DNA of 64,000 nucleotides from Nitrosopumilaceae archaeon (GTDB lineage: Archaea; Thermoproteota; Nitrososphaeria; Nitrososphaerales; Nitrosopumilaceae), in NCBI GenBank assembly GCA_965207375.1, contig OZ242274.1, forward strand, positions 1,216,001 to 1,280,000. Reading direction: 5' to 3'. Every line of letters starts with the position of its first letter. Positions within the stretch are counted from its first letter, which is position 1. The translations under genes were made by a program, and so were the position numbers. Of this stretch, positions 30,075 to 40,066 are shown in pieces. The notes below the pieces were generated by a model, which worked only from the letters and a program-made list of their open reading frames with translations, ran no database searches and had not been told where the DNA came from.

Positions 30075-31166
30075 ATGAAAACATACATTGGAATAGACAT
30101 TGGAAAGAAAAAGTGTGACGTATGCGTCATAAATGGTACAGGACGAGTACTTGAGACCTGTCAGTATATGAACACGGTAGCAGATGCTAAAAAGTTTGCA
30201 GAAACCATGGCACGAAAATACACGGGAAATAAAAAAACATGCAGTGCTGCATGTGAAACTACAGGCAACATGTGGAATGTTACCTATGCTAAATTTGAGG
30301 CAGCAGGTATACCAATCAAGCTTGCAAATACGTACAAGATGGCCATAATTGCCAAGACTGGTAAAAAGACAGACAAGGTGGATGCACAAAAGATAGCACA
30401 GGTATTACGAATGGATATGATTCCAGAATGTTATGTACCAAAACCGGACATACGAGGAATACGTGCAATGATACGACAGCATATCAAGATAGTACATGAT
30501 AGGACACGAGTGATAAACAGAGTACGCAGTCTTTTAGACAGACATGATGTCTCAATTGATACAGTACAAGTATATGCAGTAAAGACAATGCAGTATCTAG
30601 AGTCTGTATCTCTTGATGAAATACATGATGAAATAATTCTGCAGCAATATGTCCGACAGATCAGACATCTGACCGAAGAGTTGACCAAAATGAATGATTA
30701 CATAGAACAAGAGGCAGCAAACAACGAGTATGCCAAACTATTGACAAGCATGACAGGGATGGGAACATATACTTCATTGTTGCTAGCAGTCGAAATTGCA
30801 GACATTTCAAGATTTGATAATCCAAAGAAACTTGTTGCATGGGCAGGTCTGTGTCCTACCATACACCAGTCAGGAGATCAAAAATATCTTGGAAGGATGA
30901 AGAAACTAGACACCAACAGTATAGTGAATTGGGCAATGTGCGAGGCAGCAAATGTGGCAGTAACACATGACCCTAGGATGAAATCAATATACGAATCTGC
31001 AAAAAGGCGACATGCAGACAAGCATGCACTTGCAGTTGTTGTAGTTGCAAACAAGATGATAACAATATCATGGCACATTCTGAACACAAAGACACCATAT
31101 TCGTCACACAATACAAGATTGTATCAGCGCAAGCTTGCTAAATTGGAAAAGGCACGTCAGAAATGA
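30075..31166 (+). CDS. IS110-family DEDD recombinase/transposase
   Basis: YIGIDIGK, CETTG, KTDKVDA (DEDD); AWAGLCP..HQSG catalytic Ser; aggaggtg SD upstream. Confidence 0.96.
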   Translation: MKTYIGIDIGKKKCDVCVINGTGRVLETCQYMNTVADAKKFAETMARKYTGNKKTCSAACETTGNMWNVTYAKFEAAGIPIKLANTYKMAIIAKTGKKTDKVDAQKIAQVLRMDMIPECYVPKPDIRGIRAMIRQHIKIVHDRTRVINRVRSLLDRHDVSIDTVQVYAVKTMQYLESVSLDEIHDEIILQQYVRQIRHLTEELTKMNDYIEQEAANNEYAKLLTSMTGMGTYTSLLLAVEIADISRFDNPKKLVAWAGLCPTIHQSGDQKYLGRMKKLDTNSIVNWAMCEAANVAVTHDPRMKSIYESAKRRHADKHALAVVVVANKMITISWHILNTKTPYSSHNTRLYQRKLAKLEKARQK

Positions 31167-31920
31167 TTTGTACCTGTCAAATCCGGTATTAAGCTTGCTA
31201 GCGTTAGCTATAAATGATATACTAAATAATTAGGCACGGAACGGAAACGCAATAGGGATACATCAAGGTACGCGCCGGGGTGGTTAACATAGATGTCTAA
31301 AATTACCATAAATTCAAAACAACGTTAACAGATACATCTGTTTTCATGTGTGGTATCGTGGAGCAATGCCGGACTAAATTATCTAGAAGAGATGATAAAA
31401 TACCTCTAGATGGGTAAAAACGATGTTAACCCTTACTAAAATTTTAGTCACAACAAGTACAAAGCGATTAAGAACCATTTTCAGGCCCCTAATCACAATT
31501 ACCTTTGAGTAATCGACTATCATAGTATGTAATGTAATAATTGTAATTAAAAGTTATAATATTTTCAGGCATAAAAAATACATAAAATAGGATTTGAACC
31601 CACGAAACCCTACGGTAATCAATTGATAGTCGATCTATTTTGACTAGGTTCACAAATCCATGCAATGTTGAATCTAAAGGCATGTAATTTATTTCCAAAA
31701 GATTTTTGATTCTGGATTGAAAAGTTTGCAAATAAGCTTGATCAAAGACCATTGACAATAGGCAAGTCATGGGGAAAGATTACAACATATGCTTCACCAG
31801 AAACTGATCTTGTAGCAAATCTAACTAATCATCAATAGTTTTTCACATGTTTTTAAAAATTTCACACATATTTTTACTTTTTAAAAATTTTCAAATACTA
31901 GACCATATTATAAAAAAATC

Positions 31921-32130
31921 ATGATAATTGGCAAATTACAAAACAACCAAAAGGCAATCAAATTAGACGTTGAGCTTTATTGCATCAATTGCAACAAAAA
32001 AGTTCCTGGTGGAATAAAGACATCTGAGATGTATTTTAGAACAAAAGAATTTGCAATTGAGTTAAAACAATTTAAAAAAAATTATCTGTGTGGGATTTGT
32101 CGAGATAAAAAAAGGACAAGTAGACTATGA
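31921..32130 (+). CDS. Small C4 zinc-finger protein
   Basis: CINC...YLCGICRD. Confidence 0.7.
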   Translation: MIIGKLQNNQKAIKLDVELYCINCNKKVPGGIKTSEMYFRTKEFAIELKQFKKNYLCGICRDKKRTSRL

Positions 32131-32435
32131 ATCCCTTGTTTCAGCTAAGCACTAGAAGTTATGATAAGGAAATAATTTTAGTAAGGCAGGCACTTGCAGA
32201 TCTTCAAACCCAATGCGGAGTTCAAAACGGATATGTTATAGAGGAGCCATTTACAAAGTTTGGTTGGACGTTTTTTAATATACAGATTAGTGAAATCCTG
32301 GCAGACACTATTGAAAAATCTGGAATTATGGCAGGAGCTGCAGGCTACAAAATCGGAGAACAGATTACCAATTTTGTAGGCCATTATCTAGAACAAAAAG
32401 GCAGCAACGTTAGAATCAAACAGATTGATTATTAA
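32127..32435 (+). CDS. Hypothetical protein
   Basis: 102-aa ORF coupled (ATGA) to the upstream gene. Confidence 0.7.
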   Translation: MNPLFQLSTRSYDKEIILVRQALADLQTQCGVQNGYVIEEPFTKFGWTFFNIQISEILADTIEKSGIMAGAAGYKIGEQITNFVGHYLEQKGSNVRIKQIDY

Positions 32436-32979
32436 AAATTGCTTCATAATTCGGCAAACTCATCAACGTATTCAGATATGTAGCATGAATAATCATCAGC
32501 AAATACACTAACACATTGAGAATATAAGAAATTATCTGATTGCCAGTACATTTGATGATATATTGCAGACAAACAATCTATAGTCTTTTGACGTACAGAC
32601 AAGGCCCGGTCTTGCACATGTCTGTCTGGTAAGAGATATTACATCTGTACTATTCTGTTTTATCTCAACGCTTTAGATCTAAAGAAACTACTTACAATAC
32701 TGACTGCTTACATTGAAGGCATATTGATACACTAGACTTTATGCACAATTGACTAATTCGAAATAAAATTTTTAAATTTGAGGCTAAAAAATGAGCATTT
32801 TTAATTCAAAATTCAATTATGCATAAGGTCTACTATTCAAATCATTTTGATATATTTCTTTTTACACCTTCAAATTTCTGTTACTATTATTTTGAATCAT
32901 TAAAATGATGATAAACCGCATTATATCAAATACCGTACAGTTTATCAATCCGTATTTTGATGCCCAATCGTAGGCAAGC

Positions 32980-33615
32980 ATGAAGATTATTGTAATATTT
33001 GATTTTGATGGAACATTGGCAGATTCTGTGCACATATTCATTGATGCAATCAACAAATTTGCAGACAATTTCAATTATAAAAAAATAAAACCAGAGGAGC
33101 TAAAAATGTTACAATCAAAACGTCCTAGGCAGATCCTACGCCACCTCAGAATTTCTCTGCTAAAATTACCTTTTGTACTAAAGCGAATCAGAAAAGAGAT
33201 GAACAAAGCAGTAATACATGCAAAGCCATCAGTGGATATCAAAGACACGCTAACAACTCTAAAAAAGAACGGATGTGAAATAGGAATTTTAACGTCAAAC
33301 ACAGAACAAAATGTAAAGGAATTTTTGATAAACAACAACTTGGATGTTTTTGACTTTTTATATTCTGGAAACAGCGTATTTGGAAAAGGTCGTGTTCTTC
33401 GTAAAATAATTCAGAAAAACAATCTTGCTAAAAACCAGATATTTTATGTTGGTGATGAAATAAGAGATATTGACGCTGCAAAAAAGACCCAAATAAAGAT
33501 GATTGCAGTCTCGTGGGGATTTAATACAATTGAGGCATTAAAAAAAGAAAATCCAGACTATACTGCAGAGACACCACAACAAATCCAGAACATAATTTTG
33601 GGCAAAAAAGAATAA
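32980..33615 (+). CDS. HAD-family hydrolase (phosphoglycolate phosphatase-like)
   Basis: FDFDGTLADS, ILTSN, YVGDEIRDI, VSWGFN. Confidence 0.93.
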   Translation: MKIIVIFDFDGTLADSVHIFIDAINKFADNFNYKKIKPEELKMLQSKRPRQILRHLRISLLKLPFVLKRIRKEMNKAVIHAKPSVDIKDTLTTLKKNGCEIGILTSNTEQNVKEFLINNNLDVFDFLYSGNSVFGKGRVLRKIIQKNNLAKNQIFYVGDEIRDIDAAKKTQIKMIAVSWGFNTIEALKKENPDYTAETPQQIQNIILGKKE

Positions 33616-33643
33616 ACATATACCATCAGGGACAAATCTTCAC

Positions 33644-34183
33644 ATGAGCAAGAATTTCTGGCATGATATTGAAACTGGTAGCGATATTCCCGAAATTGTA
33701 AATGTTATTGTAGAGATTCCAAAAGGCTCCCAAAACAAGTACGAATACGATAAAAAACACAACATGATGAAACTAGACAGAGTTTTGTTTTCACCATTTC
33801 ACTATCCTGGAGATTATGGAATCATACCGCAGACGTTGTCAGATGACGGAGACCCACTAGATGCACTTGTACTAGTCACAAATGCAACGTATCCTGGAAT
33901 ACTTGTAGAGGCAAGACCCATTGGCTTGCTTCGTATGAAAGATGATGGCTCATCAGATGACAAAATTATCTGCGTTTCAACAAATGATCCTAGATATTTG
34001 CACACTACTGACATTTCAAACATTGAGGATCATTACAGATCTGAGATTGCTCATTTTTTCCAAGTGTACAAGGATCTAGAAGGCAAAAAAGTGGAAATTC
34101 TAGGGTGGGAGTCTGCAAAGGATGCAAAAAAGGTGATTTTAGATTCTGCAAAAAACTACAAAAACACCTTGAAAAAATACTAG
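33644..34183 (+). CDS. ppa: Inorganic pyrophosphatase
   Basis: EIPKGSQNKYEYD, YPGDYG, DGDPLD, YKDLE. Confidence 0.97.
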   Translation: MSKNFWHDIETGSDIPEIVNVIVEIPKGSQNKYEYDKKHNMMKLDRVLFSPFHYPGDYGIIPQTLSDDGDPLDALVLVTNATYPGILVEARPIGLLRMKDDGSSDDKIICVSTNDPRYLHTTDISNIEDHYRSEIAHFFQVYKDLEGKKVEILGWESAKDAKKVILDSAKNYKNTLKKY

Positions 34184-34403
34184 TGCCATCTTTGTATTTT
34201 TTTCTAAAAGTGCAAAACTATACAGTAGCAATATCGTCTGATGTATCTAACATGTTTAGGTAAAAAGGCATTTTGAACAAATACTGTCAATAACTGTTTT
34301 TGGTGATTTAATTCAATAGCTGTATAATTTAGTTGGGTTTGTATTTGCCAAATTCCTCTTTTCTTGCATTAGTTTTTTAATAACTGCAATTTTGTTAAAT
34401 CAA

Positions 34404-36170
34404 ATGGCAAAGTTTCAAACACAAAAATGGAGTTTGGTAGAACTTGTACGAGATCCCAAAAGTGCAGAATTTAAAGCCCAGATAGAGGAGGTTCAAAAAC
34501 TCGCAAGCTCATTTGAGAGATTAAAATCAAAACTAGACAAAAAAATGTCTACAAAAACATTTCTAAAGATAATTTCAGCCAAAGAAAAGCTTGTTGAAAA
34601 AATTACCATAATTGGAGGATTTGCATCTTTAGAGTATGCAGCAAATACACAATCAGATGAGGCAACCTCACTGCTTACTCAAATGAGCAAGCTGGGCTCA
34701 GATGTATCAAATCAAGTACTGTTTTTTGACCTGTGGTGGAAACAGAAAATAGACGAAAAAAATGCCCAACGCCTGATAAAAGAATCAGGCGAGCTGCGGG
34801 GATATCTGGCTCACAAAAGATTGGTTGCCAAATACTCTTTGAGTGAACCCGAAGAGCGAATCATTAACACACTAGATGTTACGGGGGCCTCTGCACTGGT
34901 GAAAATATATGATAAAATTACAAATGCCTTTGTATATACTGTAAAAATCGACAATACCTCAAAACAGATGACAAGAGAGCAGCTGACAAACCTTGTAAAA
35001 AGTGCAAATCCAAAAACACGCAAAGCAGCATATCAGTCACTTTTGGGAAAATTTTCAAAAAACAGTGGAGTGCTTGGAGAAATCTATCAAAATATTGTTT
35101 TAAACTGGAAGGATGAAGGCATACAAATTCGCAACTATCCATCCCCCGTATCTATTAGAAATATTGCAAATGATATTGATGATAGAACCATTTCATCTTT
35201 ATTGGATACGTGCAGGGCAAATGGTACAATTTTTCAAAAATTCTTTTTACAAAAGGCAAAGATTGCAGGAATGAAAAAACTAAGACGTTATGATTTGTAT
35301 GCTCCTGCACCAAAGGCCGTAGAAAAAAATTACACCTATGGCAAGGCAGTGAATCTAGTGTTAGAGTCCTTGGCACTGTTTAGTCCTAAACTTGCAGGAT
35401 ATGCAGAAAATGTGTTTTCACAAAACCATGTTGATTCATCTATACGGCCTGGAAAAAGAGACGGGGCATTTTGTAGTACGTTGTCTCCTAAAATAACCCC
35501 GTTTGTTTTAGTAAATTATACCGGAAAGATACGTGATGTTTTTACCTTGGCACATGAGTTAGGCCATGCAGTACACAGCCAGGCAGCTGCCAGACACTCT
35601 ATTTTGGTCCAAGATGCTCCATTACCTCTAGCCGAGACTGCATCGACATTTTCTGAACTCTTACTGTATGATAATATTTCAAAAAAGATATCGCCTGGAG
35701 AGAGAAAATCAATGCTTTTGACAAAAATCGACGATCTGTACGCTACTATAATGAGACAGTCGTTTTTTACATTATTTGAGATAGATGCGCACAAACAAAT
35801 TGCTCAAAACACTACAGTTGAGGAATTATCCAAAACATACCTTTCTAATCTTAAAGCGCAATTTGGAAGCTCAGTTGTAGTCTCTGAGGATTTTGGAATT
35901 GAATGGAGCTGTATTCCTCACTTTTACCATACGCCATTTTATTGCTATGCGTACTCTTTTGGGAATCTTTTGGCACTATCATTGTTTCAAAGGTACAAAA
36001 AGGAGGGCAAGGATTTTGTTCCTGCATATCTTGACATACTAGCAGCAGGTGGCACGACAAAACCTGAGATGTTGCTTGAAAAGCACGGTTTTGATATTGG
36101 CTCTACAAAATTCTGGCAACAAGGTTTTGATTATATCAAGGCCCATGTTGGACAATTATCAAGACTGTAA
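34404..36170 (+). CDS. pepF: M3-family oligoendopeptidase F
   Basis: GKRDGAFC, TLAHELGHAVH, AETASTFSE, IPHFYHTPFYCYAY. Confidence 0.93.
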   Translation: MAKFQTQKWSLVELVRDPKSAEFKAQIEEVQKLASSFERLKSKLDKKMSTKTFLKIISAKEKLVEKITIIGGFASLEYAANTQSDEATSLLTQMSKLGSDVSNQVLFFDLWWKQKIDEKNAQRLIKESGELRGYLAHKRLVAKYSLSEPEERIINTLDVTGASALVKIYDKITNAFVYTVKIDNTSKQMTREQLTNLVKSANPKTRKAAYQSLLGKFSKNSGVLGEIYQNIVLNWKDEGIQIRNYPSPVSIRNIANDIDDRTISSLLDTCRANGTIFQKFFLQKAKIAGMKKLRRYDLYAPAPKAVEKNYTYGKAVNLVLESLALFSPKLAGYAENVFSQNHVDSSIRPGKRDGAFCSTLSPKITPFVLVNYTGKIRDVFTLAHELGHAVHSQAAARHSILVQDAPLPLAETASTFSELLLYDNISKKISPGERKSMLLTKIDDLYATIMRQSFFTLFEIDAHKQIAQNTTVEELSKTYLSNLKAQFGSSVVVSEDFGIEWSCIPHFYHTPFYCYAYSFGNLLALSLFQRYKKEGKDFVPAYLDILAAGGTTKPEMLLEKHGFDIGSTKFWQQGFDYIKAHVGQLSRL

Positions 36171-36241
36171 TGTCTGATTTGGATAATATTTTGATATAAT
36201 TTGGTCAAAGCCTTAAATCAAAATCATTAATCTGCCATGCA

Positions 36242-36973
36242 ATGAACGCAAAACAACGAACCGGAATTCTTGCAATATCTGTAATAGCTGCAATTATGAC
36301 TATAGGCAGTATTGGAGTTGCAGAATCAAGTGCAGTCAAGACGATAACCTATGAGGTCACAGTTACAAATATCACGCCAGGCCAACCAATAACTCCTCCG
36401 TTACTTGTAACGCATGCCAAAGATATTGGAATTTTCTCGGTAGGACATTTGGCAAGTGAACAGCTTGGACAACTTGCTGAAAATGGAAATGCCCAACCGC
36501 TAGTTCAAAGCATTACTGAGGCAGGAGCTTTTGATATTGTACAGGGCACTACACCACTAGTTCCAGCAAATGATCCGGGACAGACAGATCTGAATCATTC
36601 TGAGACATTTACCATTACGGCAAGTGGCCAGCAGAAATATCTTTCATTTGCAAGCATGTTAGTCTGTACAAATGACGGATTTGCAGGTATTGATAGTGTA
36701 AGATTGCCTTACTATAACGAAAAAACAGTTTATGCAAAAGGCTATGATGCAAGAACCGAGGTAAACACCGAAGATTTTGCTGATATGGTACCTCCATGTC
36801 AGGGCGCAATTGGAATAACATCAGACGATGAGGGTACAGGTACTAGCAATCCTGAAATTGCAGAAGATGGTGTAATTATTCCACACGTGGGAATCTTGGG
36901 CGGCAACGACCTTACATCTGCACATGCATGGAGTAATCCTGCAGTTAAAATCGATATTGTGCGTGTAGGGTAA
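36242..36973 (+). CDS. Secreted spondin_N-domain protein
   Basis: Signal peptide; YEVTVTNIT, QPITPPL..TH, LAENG, SFASMLVCTNDGFAG, YDARTEVNTE motifs. Confidence 0.85.
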   Translation: MNAKQRTGILAISVIAAIMTIGSIGVAESSAVKTITYEVTVTNITPGQPITPPLLVTHAKDIGIFSVGHLASEQLGQLAENGNAQPLVQSITEAGAFDIVQGTTPLVPANDPGQTDLNHSETFTITASGQQKYLSFASMLVCTNDGFAGIDSVRLPYYNEKTVYAKGYDARTEVNTEDFADMVPPCQGAIGITSDDEGTGTSNPEIAEDGVIIPHVGILGGNDLTSAHAWSNPAVKIDIVRVG

Positions 36974-37629
36974 TCACACCACAAGTTATTTTTTTTCAAG
37001 ATGATTGGGAGCATTTTAACATCTTTACAATTACCATTATTCTAAAATAGGTGTAATTGTTTTGCTTTTTGAAGCTTCAGCCTAACTGCATCCCTCTGAT
37101 TGTTTGCCAAGAAATTTGTACCTGTTGATCTAATTTCTGTCATGGCCGTGCCTTGAGAAAAATACAAGTACTGTAAATGGTGGTTGCAACAAACCGGTAT
37201 TGACAAGATGTTATGATATGGGTATAATACAGGGCATATTGCCATGTCCATAATAATTTCTATTGTCAGATCGATTTTCTAGACAACTTTAGAAAGTCGT
37301 CCTGTTACAATTCTCGTTTCATGGATATCAATTATTTAGGTGCAATAAATCTAGAAGAATTGTTTGAAATGTTTCTGAGCGAACACTTTGGTGATAATAA
37401 TCATGATGAGTAAATTATTGATTTTGTAGTTTTTTTGATTTTCTCAATGAAATAGATTCAACAATAATTGATAATCAAAACTTTACAGAAATCCAACCGT
37501 GCGGCATTGCGTGCAAATGTTTTAGATGATTCGTTTGAATTCTTTATCTAGTAATTCTTCTTATTGGTATAAGAATAGTAAATTAGATATTAATAATTAA
37601 CAATTCGTATTATCGTAGGTGTTTTCTAA

Positions 37630-37705
37630 ATTTTTAAAATGTGGGGCTGGCAGTCACGCACTGACTGCCAGTCATTTTGTCCCCCGAATCGGTTTGAAAT
37701 TCGAT
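37630..37705 (-). ncRNA. Candidate small RNA / strong hairpin
   Basis: Perfect 10-bp stem ctggcagtca/tgactgccag (37647-37671) flanked by gggg/cccc. On the minus strand a TTTATATC box lies at ~37727-37734 and a T-rich tail follows the hairpin. Confidence 0.4.
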
Positions 37706-38047
37706 GTCTATTCTATTTTGTATGTTTGATATAAATACGAATCGAATCGGTGCACAGATTTGAGTATTGTAAATTATTTGGTTATGTCTATTTTGAACAG
37801 TGCAACTGTACCTATAACAAAAAGATGTTTGGTTAGATGATGTACAATGTGCAGACTTTAAAAAAATTCAATACCTGTGATTTTTGCATCACATTTAGGC
37901 ATGGTATTTTATGTCTTCAATCTATTACGGTAAGAGTTGATTCGTAATTGGCAAATCTTGCCACAATTTCCATTTGATTATGCTAAGTTCCAAACATTTT
38001 GTGTTTTATGACACATTAACAGAAAATGTTAGACGGTTAAGCAATGC

Positions 38048-38668
38048 TTAATTTACAGCCTCTATTTTCTTCAAGGTGTCAGCTATTTGTTGCTAGAGTG
38101 GATTAGAATATTTTTGAGTATTGTTTTGGGCTTCAGCTACAGTCATAGGATTATCATGTTATATAATGCCAAATGCTGCCAAAACTCTATTCCATCTGTC
38201 AACGTGTTCTGCACCAAGATGCGTTTGTTCTGCCATTAGCCTTGCACCGTCTATTACTGCAGGATCAATTTCAGGTATTGGACTATCTGGTATTGGAACG
38301 CCAGATTTGATGCCACTGATGCCACCGTCACCGCCACTTTCAGTATCAGATATTATGACTGTCTGGCTAGTGATTCCGGTTAAACTATGTCCTGTACTTG
38401 GAAGTAACGTAATTGTGAGTGCCCCCGCCCTGATCCCCTGCTAATCACCGGAGATGCGAAAAGTGCAATCGTTGTCCATATACTTGTCGCATCGATTGTA
38501 AAAGTACCTATGGCCGAATCGGGAAAATAGGCGCCTTCTTGGGTAATGGAATATCTTGTATTGTGTCCCCATCTGTACTCGGGTTAGGACCAACATGAAT
38601 CTGTGGAGAAATACCGGCACCCTCAAGTATGGATGGTGGAAGATTAGTGTTGAGTTGTACTGCATACA
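38048..38668 (-). pseudogene. Decayed surface-protein 3' end: beta-rich (Calx-beta/Ig-like) segment plus the shared C-terminal domain
   Basis: Translation ...GALTITLLPSTGHSLTGITSQTVIISDTE...IDPAVIDGARLMAEQTHLGAEHVDRWNRVLAAFGII*HDNPMTVAEAQNNTQKYSNPL*QQIADTLKKIEAVN, with two in-frame stops and upstream frameshifts. Confidence 0.85.
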
Positions 38669-38705
38669 TTCTATTGTACGAAAAATAGATCTGTCTAGAT
38701 TGGCG

Positions 38706-38727
38706 CCTCCACAGACTGATTAGTTAC
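38706..38727 (+). mobile_element. Isolated IS66-type terminal inverted repeat
   Basis: cctccacagactgattagttac versus the IS66 right IR cttccacagaccgatcagttac (28196-28217). Confidence 0.7.
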
Positions 38728-38748
38728 GAAAATCAACTAATTACGAAA

Positions 38749-38990
38749 TCCAAGGTTGTCCTTGATGTCACAAAGATTATTTCATATCTTTTTATTGGCC
38801 AGTTCATTGCCATCTGCGTTCATGATAGATACTTGAATGGTTTTTTTGTGAAACGCCTATACAGACAAAACAAGGTTCCATAGACGCCCTCAATTTTACG
38901 GTTTTGTGTTTGTTTGCATTATTTCTTGGAGACTGAGATTCTGTAGAACTGGGATTTCACTATAATCTAAATTTCCTTGATCGGGGCATC
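38749..38990 (-). mobile_element. Remnant of the second IS110-like family, copy 2
   Basis: Homologous to 4749-4930; degenerate MEPCFVCIGV..KTIQVSIMNADGNELANKK. Confidence 0.6.
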
Positions 38991-39000
38991 TATGATTATG

Positions 39001-39465
39001 TTAAACGCCTCTGCTTGTTTTGATTTCAATGGTTCCCATCATCCATGGATGAGGTTGACAAAAATAATTTATTTCCATGGGCTCTGTAAACAAAAATTCG
39101 TATGTTTCATTTGGCAGTATGACACCATTGGAACCAAAACTACCACTGTACTGATCAGCTGTTCTATGATCAGGGGTTACAGTATGTGCTATACTGTCAT
39201 CATTTGTCCATACCACCTTATTGTCTTTAGTTAGTGTGACTACGGAATGATTTGGAACATAATTATCATTTCCTTCCGTTGTAGCTCCTTCAACTATAGA
39301 TATTTGATAAGTCATTTCAGGTTCCAATATTGCATGTGAAACAGAGGGTTTTTCAAGATATTCGGGTAAATAAAACATTTGATAGAAAATTATACTTGCA
39401 CCCACTGCGATTATCATTGTCATTATACCAATACCATAAGCATGACTTGTTTTTTGCTCACTCAT
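39001..39465 (-). CDS. Membrane-anchored cupredoxin (blue copper protein)
   Basis: N-terminal TM helix; WTNDDSIAHTVT and YFCQPHPWM type-1 Cu ligands. Confidence 0.92.
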   Translation of the reverse strand: MSEQKTSHAYGIGIMTMIIAVGASIIFYQMFYLPEYLEKPSVSHAILEPEMTYQISIVEGATTEGNDNYVPNHSVVTLTKDNKVVWTNDDSIAHTVTPDHRTADQYSGSFGSNGVILPNETYEFLFTEPMEINYFCQPHPWMMGTIEIKTSRGV

Positions 39466-39702
39466 AATATTTTTAATAAAAAAAATAATTTAAAGGTTTG
39501 TCAATAAAACAATTTTATTACTGGATTCATATCTATCTTAAATTTACAAAGTTTGCAACATTTCAGATTTTTTGAAGCTTTTACATAAAAAATTCAGAGC
39601 CCGAAATTTGACATCTCAATTACATGCAGCACTTTATACACTCGATCTATCTGCAAAGTTCTCCGATCTAAATGACTTAGAAATCTGCAATTTTTGCAAC
39701 AT

Positions 39703-39834
39703 CTATGGAATTTCTTCTTCAATATCACAGCAAAATTTGTGAACCCAGATGCCTTTGGAGTTTTTTAAGATCTCCTTTCCTGCCTTGATGGGCTCACCAC
39801 ACTCGGTACATTTGCCTGCAAATCTAGCCTTCAA
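39703..39834 (-). CDS. Small Cys/His-rich protein (43 aa, not in ORF track)
   Basis: TTG start: MKARFAGKCTECGEPIKAGKEILKNSKGIWVHKFCCDIEEEIP. Confidence 0.7.
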   Translation of the reverse strand: MKARFAGKCTECGEPIKAGKEILKNSKGIWVHKFCCDIEEEIP

Positions 39835-39903
39835 ATTGATCTCACCATTAGCTAATCAAAATTAACTACGAGCAAATTAATGTATCTAGTTAGAACCTAT
39901 ATT

Positions 39904-40014
39904 ATGATTGGATTATGCCATAAATGCTATGCTAGTGGGGTCTCTGTCATTCTTGATGAAAATACGTCAATGACGCTTTGCACAAAGTGCCGCAACCAAG
40001 CAACACAGGAATAG
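39904..40014 (+). CDS. C4 zinc-finger microprotein (36 aa, not in ORF track)
   Basis: MIGLCHKCYASGVSVILDENTSMTLCTKCRNQATQE. Confidence 0.6.
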   Translation: MIGLCHKCYASGVSVILDENTSMTLCTKCRNQATQE

Positions 40015-40066
40015 ATCTGTACACTAAAACAAAGCAACTTTATGTGACAGAAAAAAAAAGTAAACT

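Larger units (their letters stand above)
29892..31293 (+). mobile_element. Intact IS110-family (IS1111-type) insertion sequence
   Basis: Sub-terminal 19-bp IRs atgataaccacccctgcgc (29899-29917) and gcgccggggtggttaacat (31272-31290), 2 mismatches, lying 7 and 3 nt from the ends. TG core at both junctions (29892-93, 31294-95). Confidence 0.92.
29878..31333 (+). repeat. Internally shortened copy of the ~92-bp dispersed repeat, split by the IS110 insertion
   Basis: Left flank aagtgtttacgtcgTG and right flank TGtctaaaattaccataaattcaaaacaacgttaacagatac match the two ends of the copies at 43926, 53741, 53929 and 54575. Confidence 0.8.

Noticed and set aside
31340-32960. Possible gene remnants in 31340-31900 and 32450-32960
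   Set aside because: The sequence looks decayed, but no family motif could be recognised
38159-38161. In-frame stops (this TAA and a TAG near 38093) in the C-terminal domain copy as stop-codon recoding
   Set aside because: Two different stop types plus frameshifts and IS truncation indicate ordinary pseudogenisation
38121-38665. ORF-track calls 38121-38444 (+) and 38441-38665 (-)
   Set aside because: Shadow or off-frame readings of the minus-strand surface-protein pseudogene
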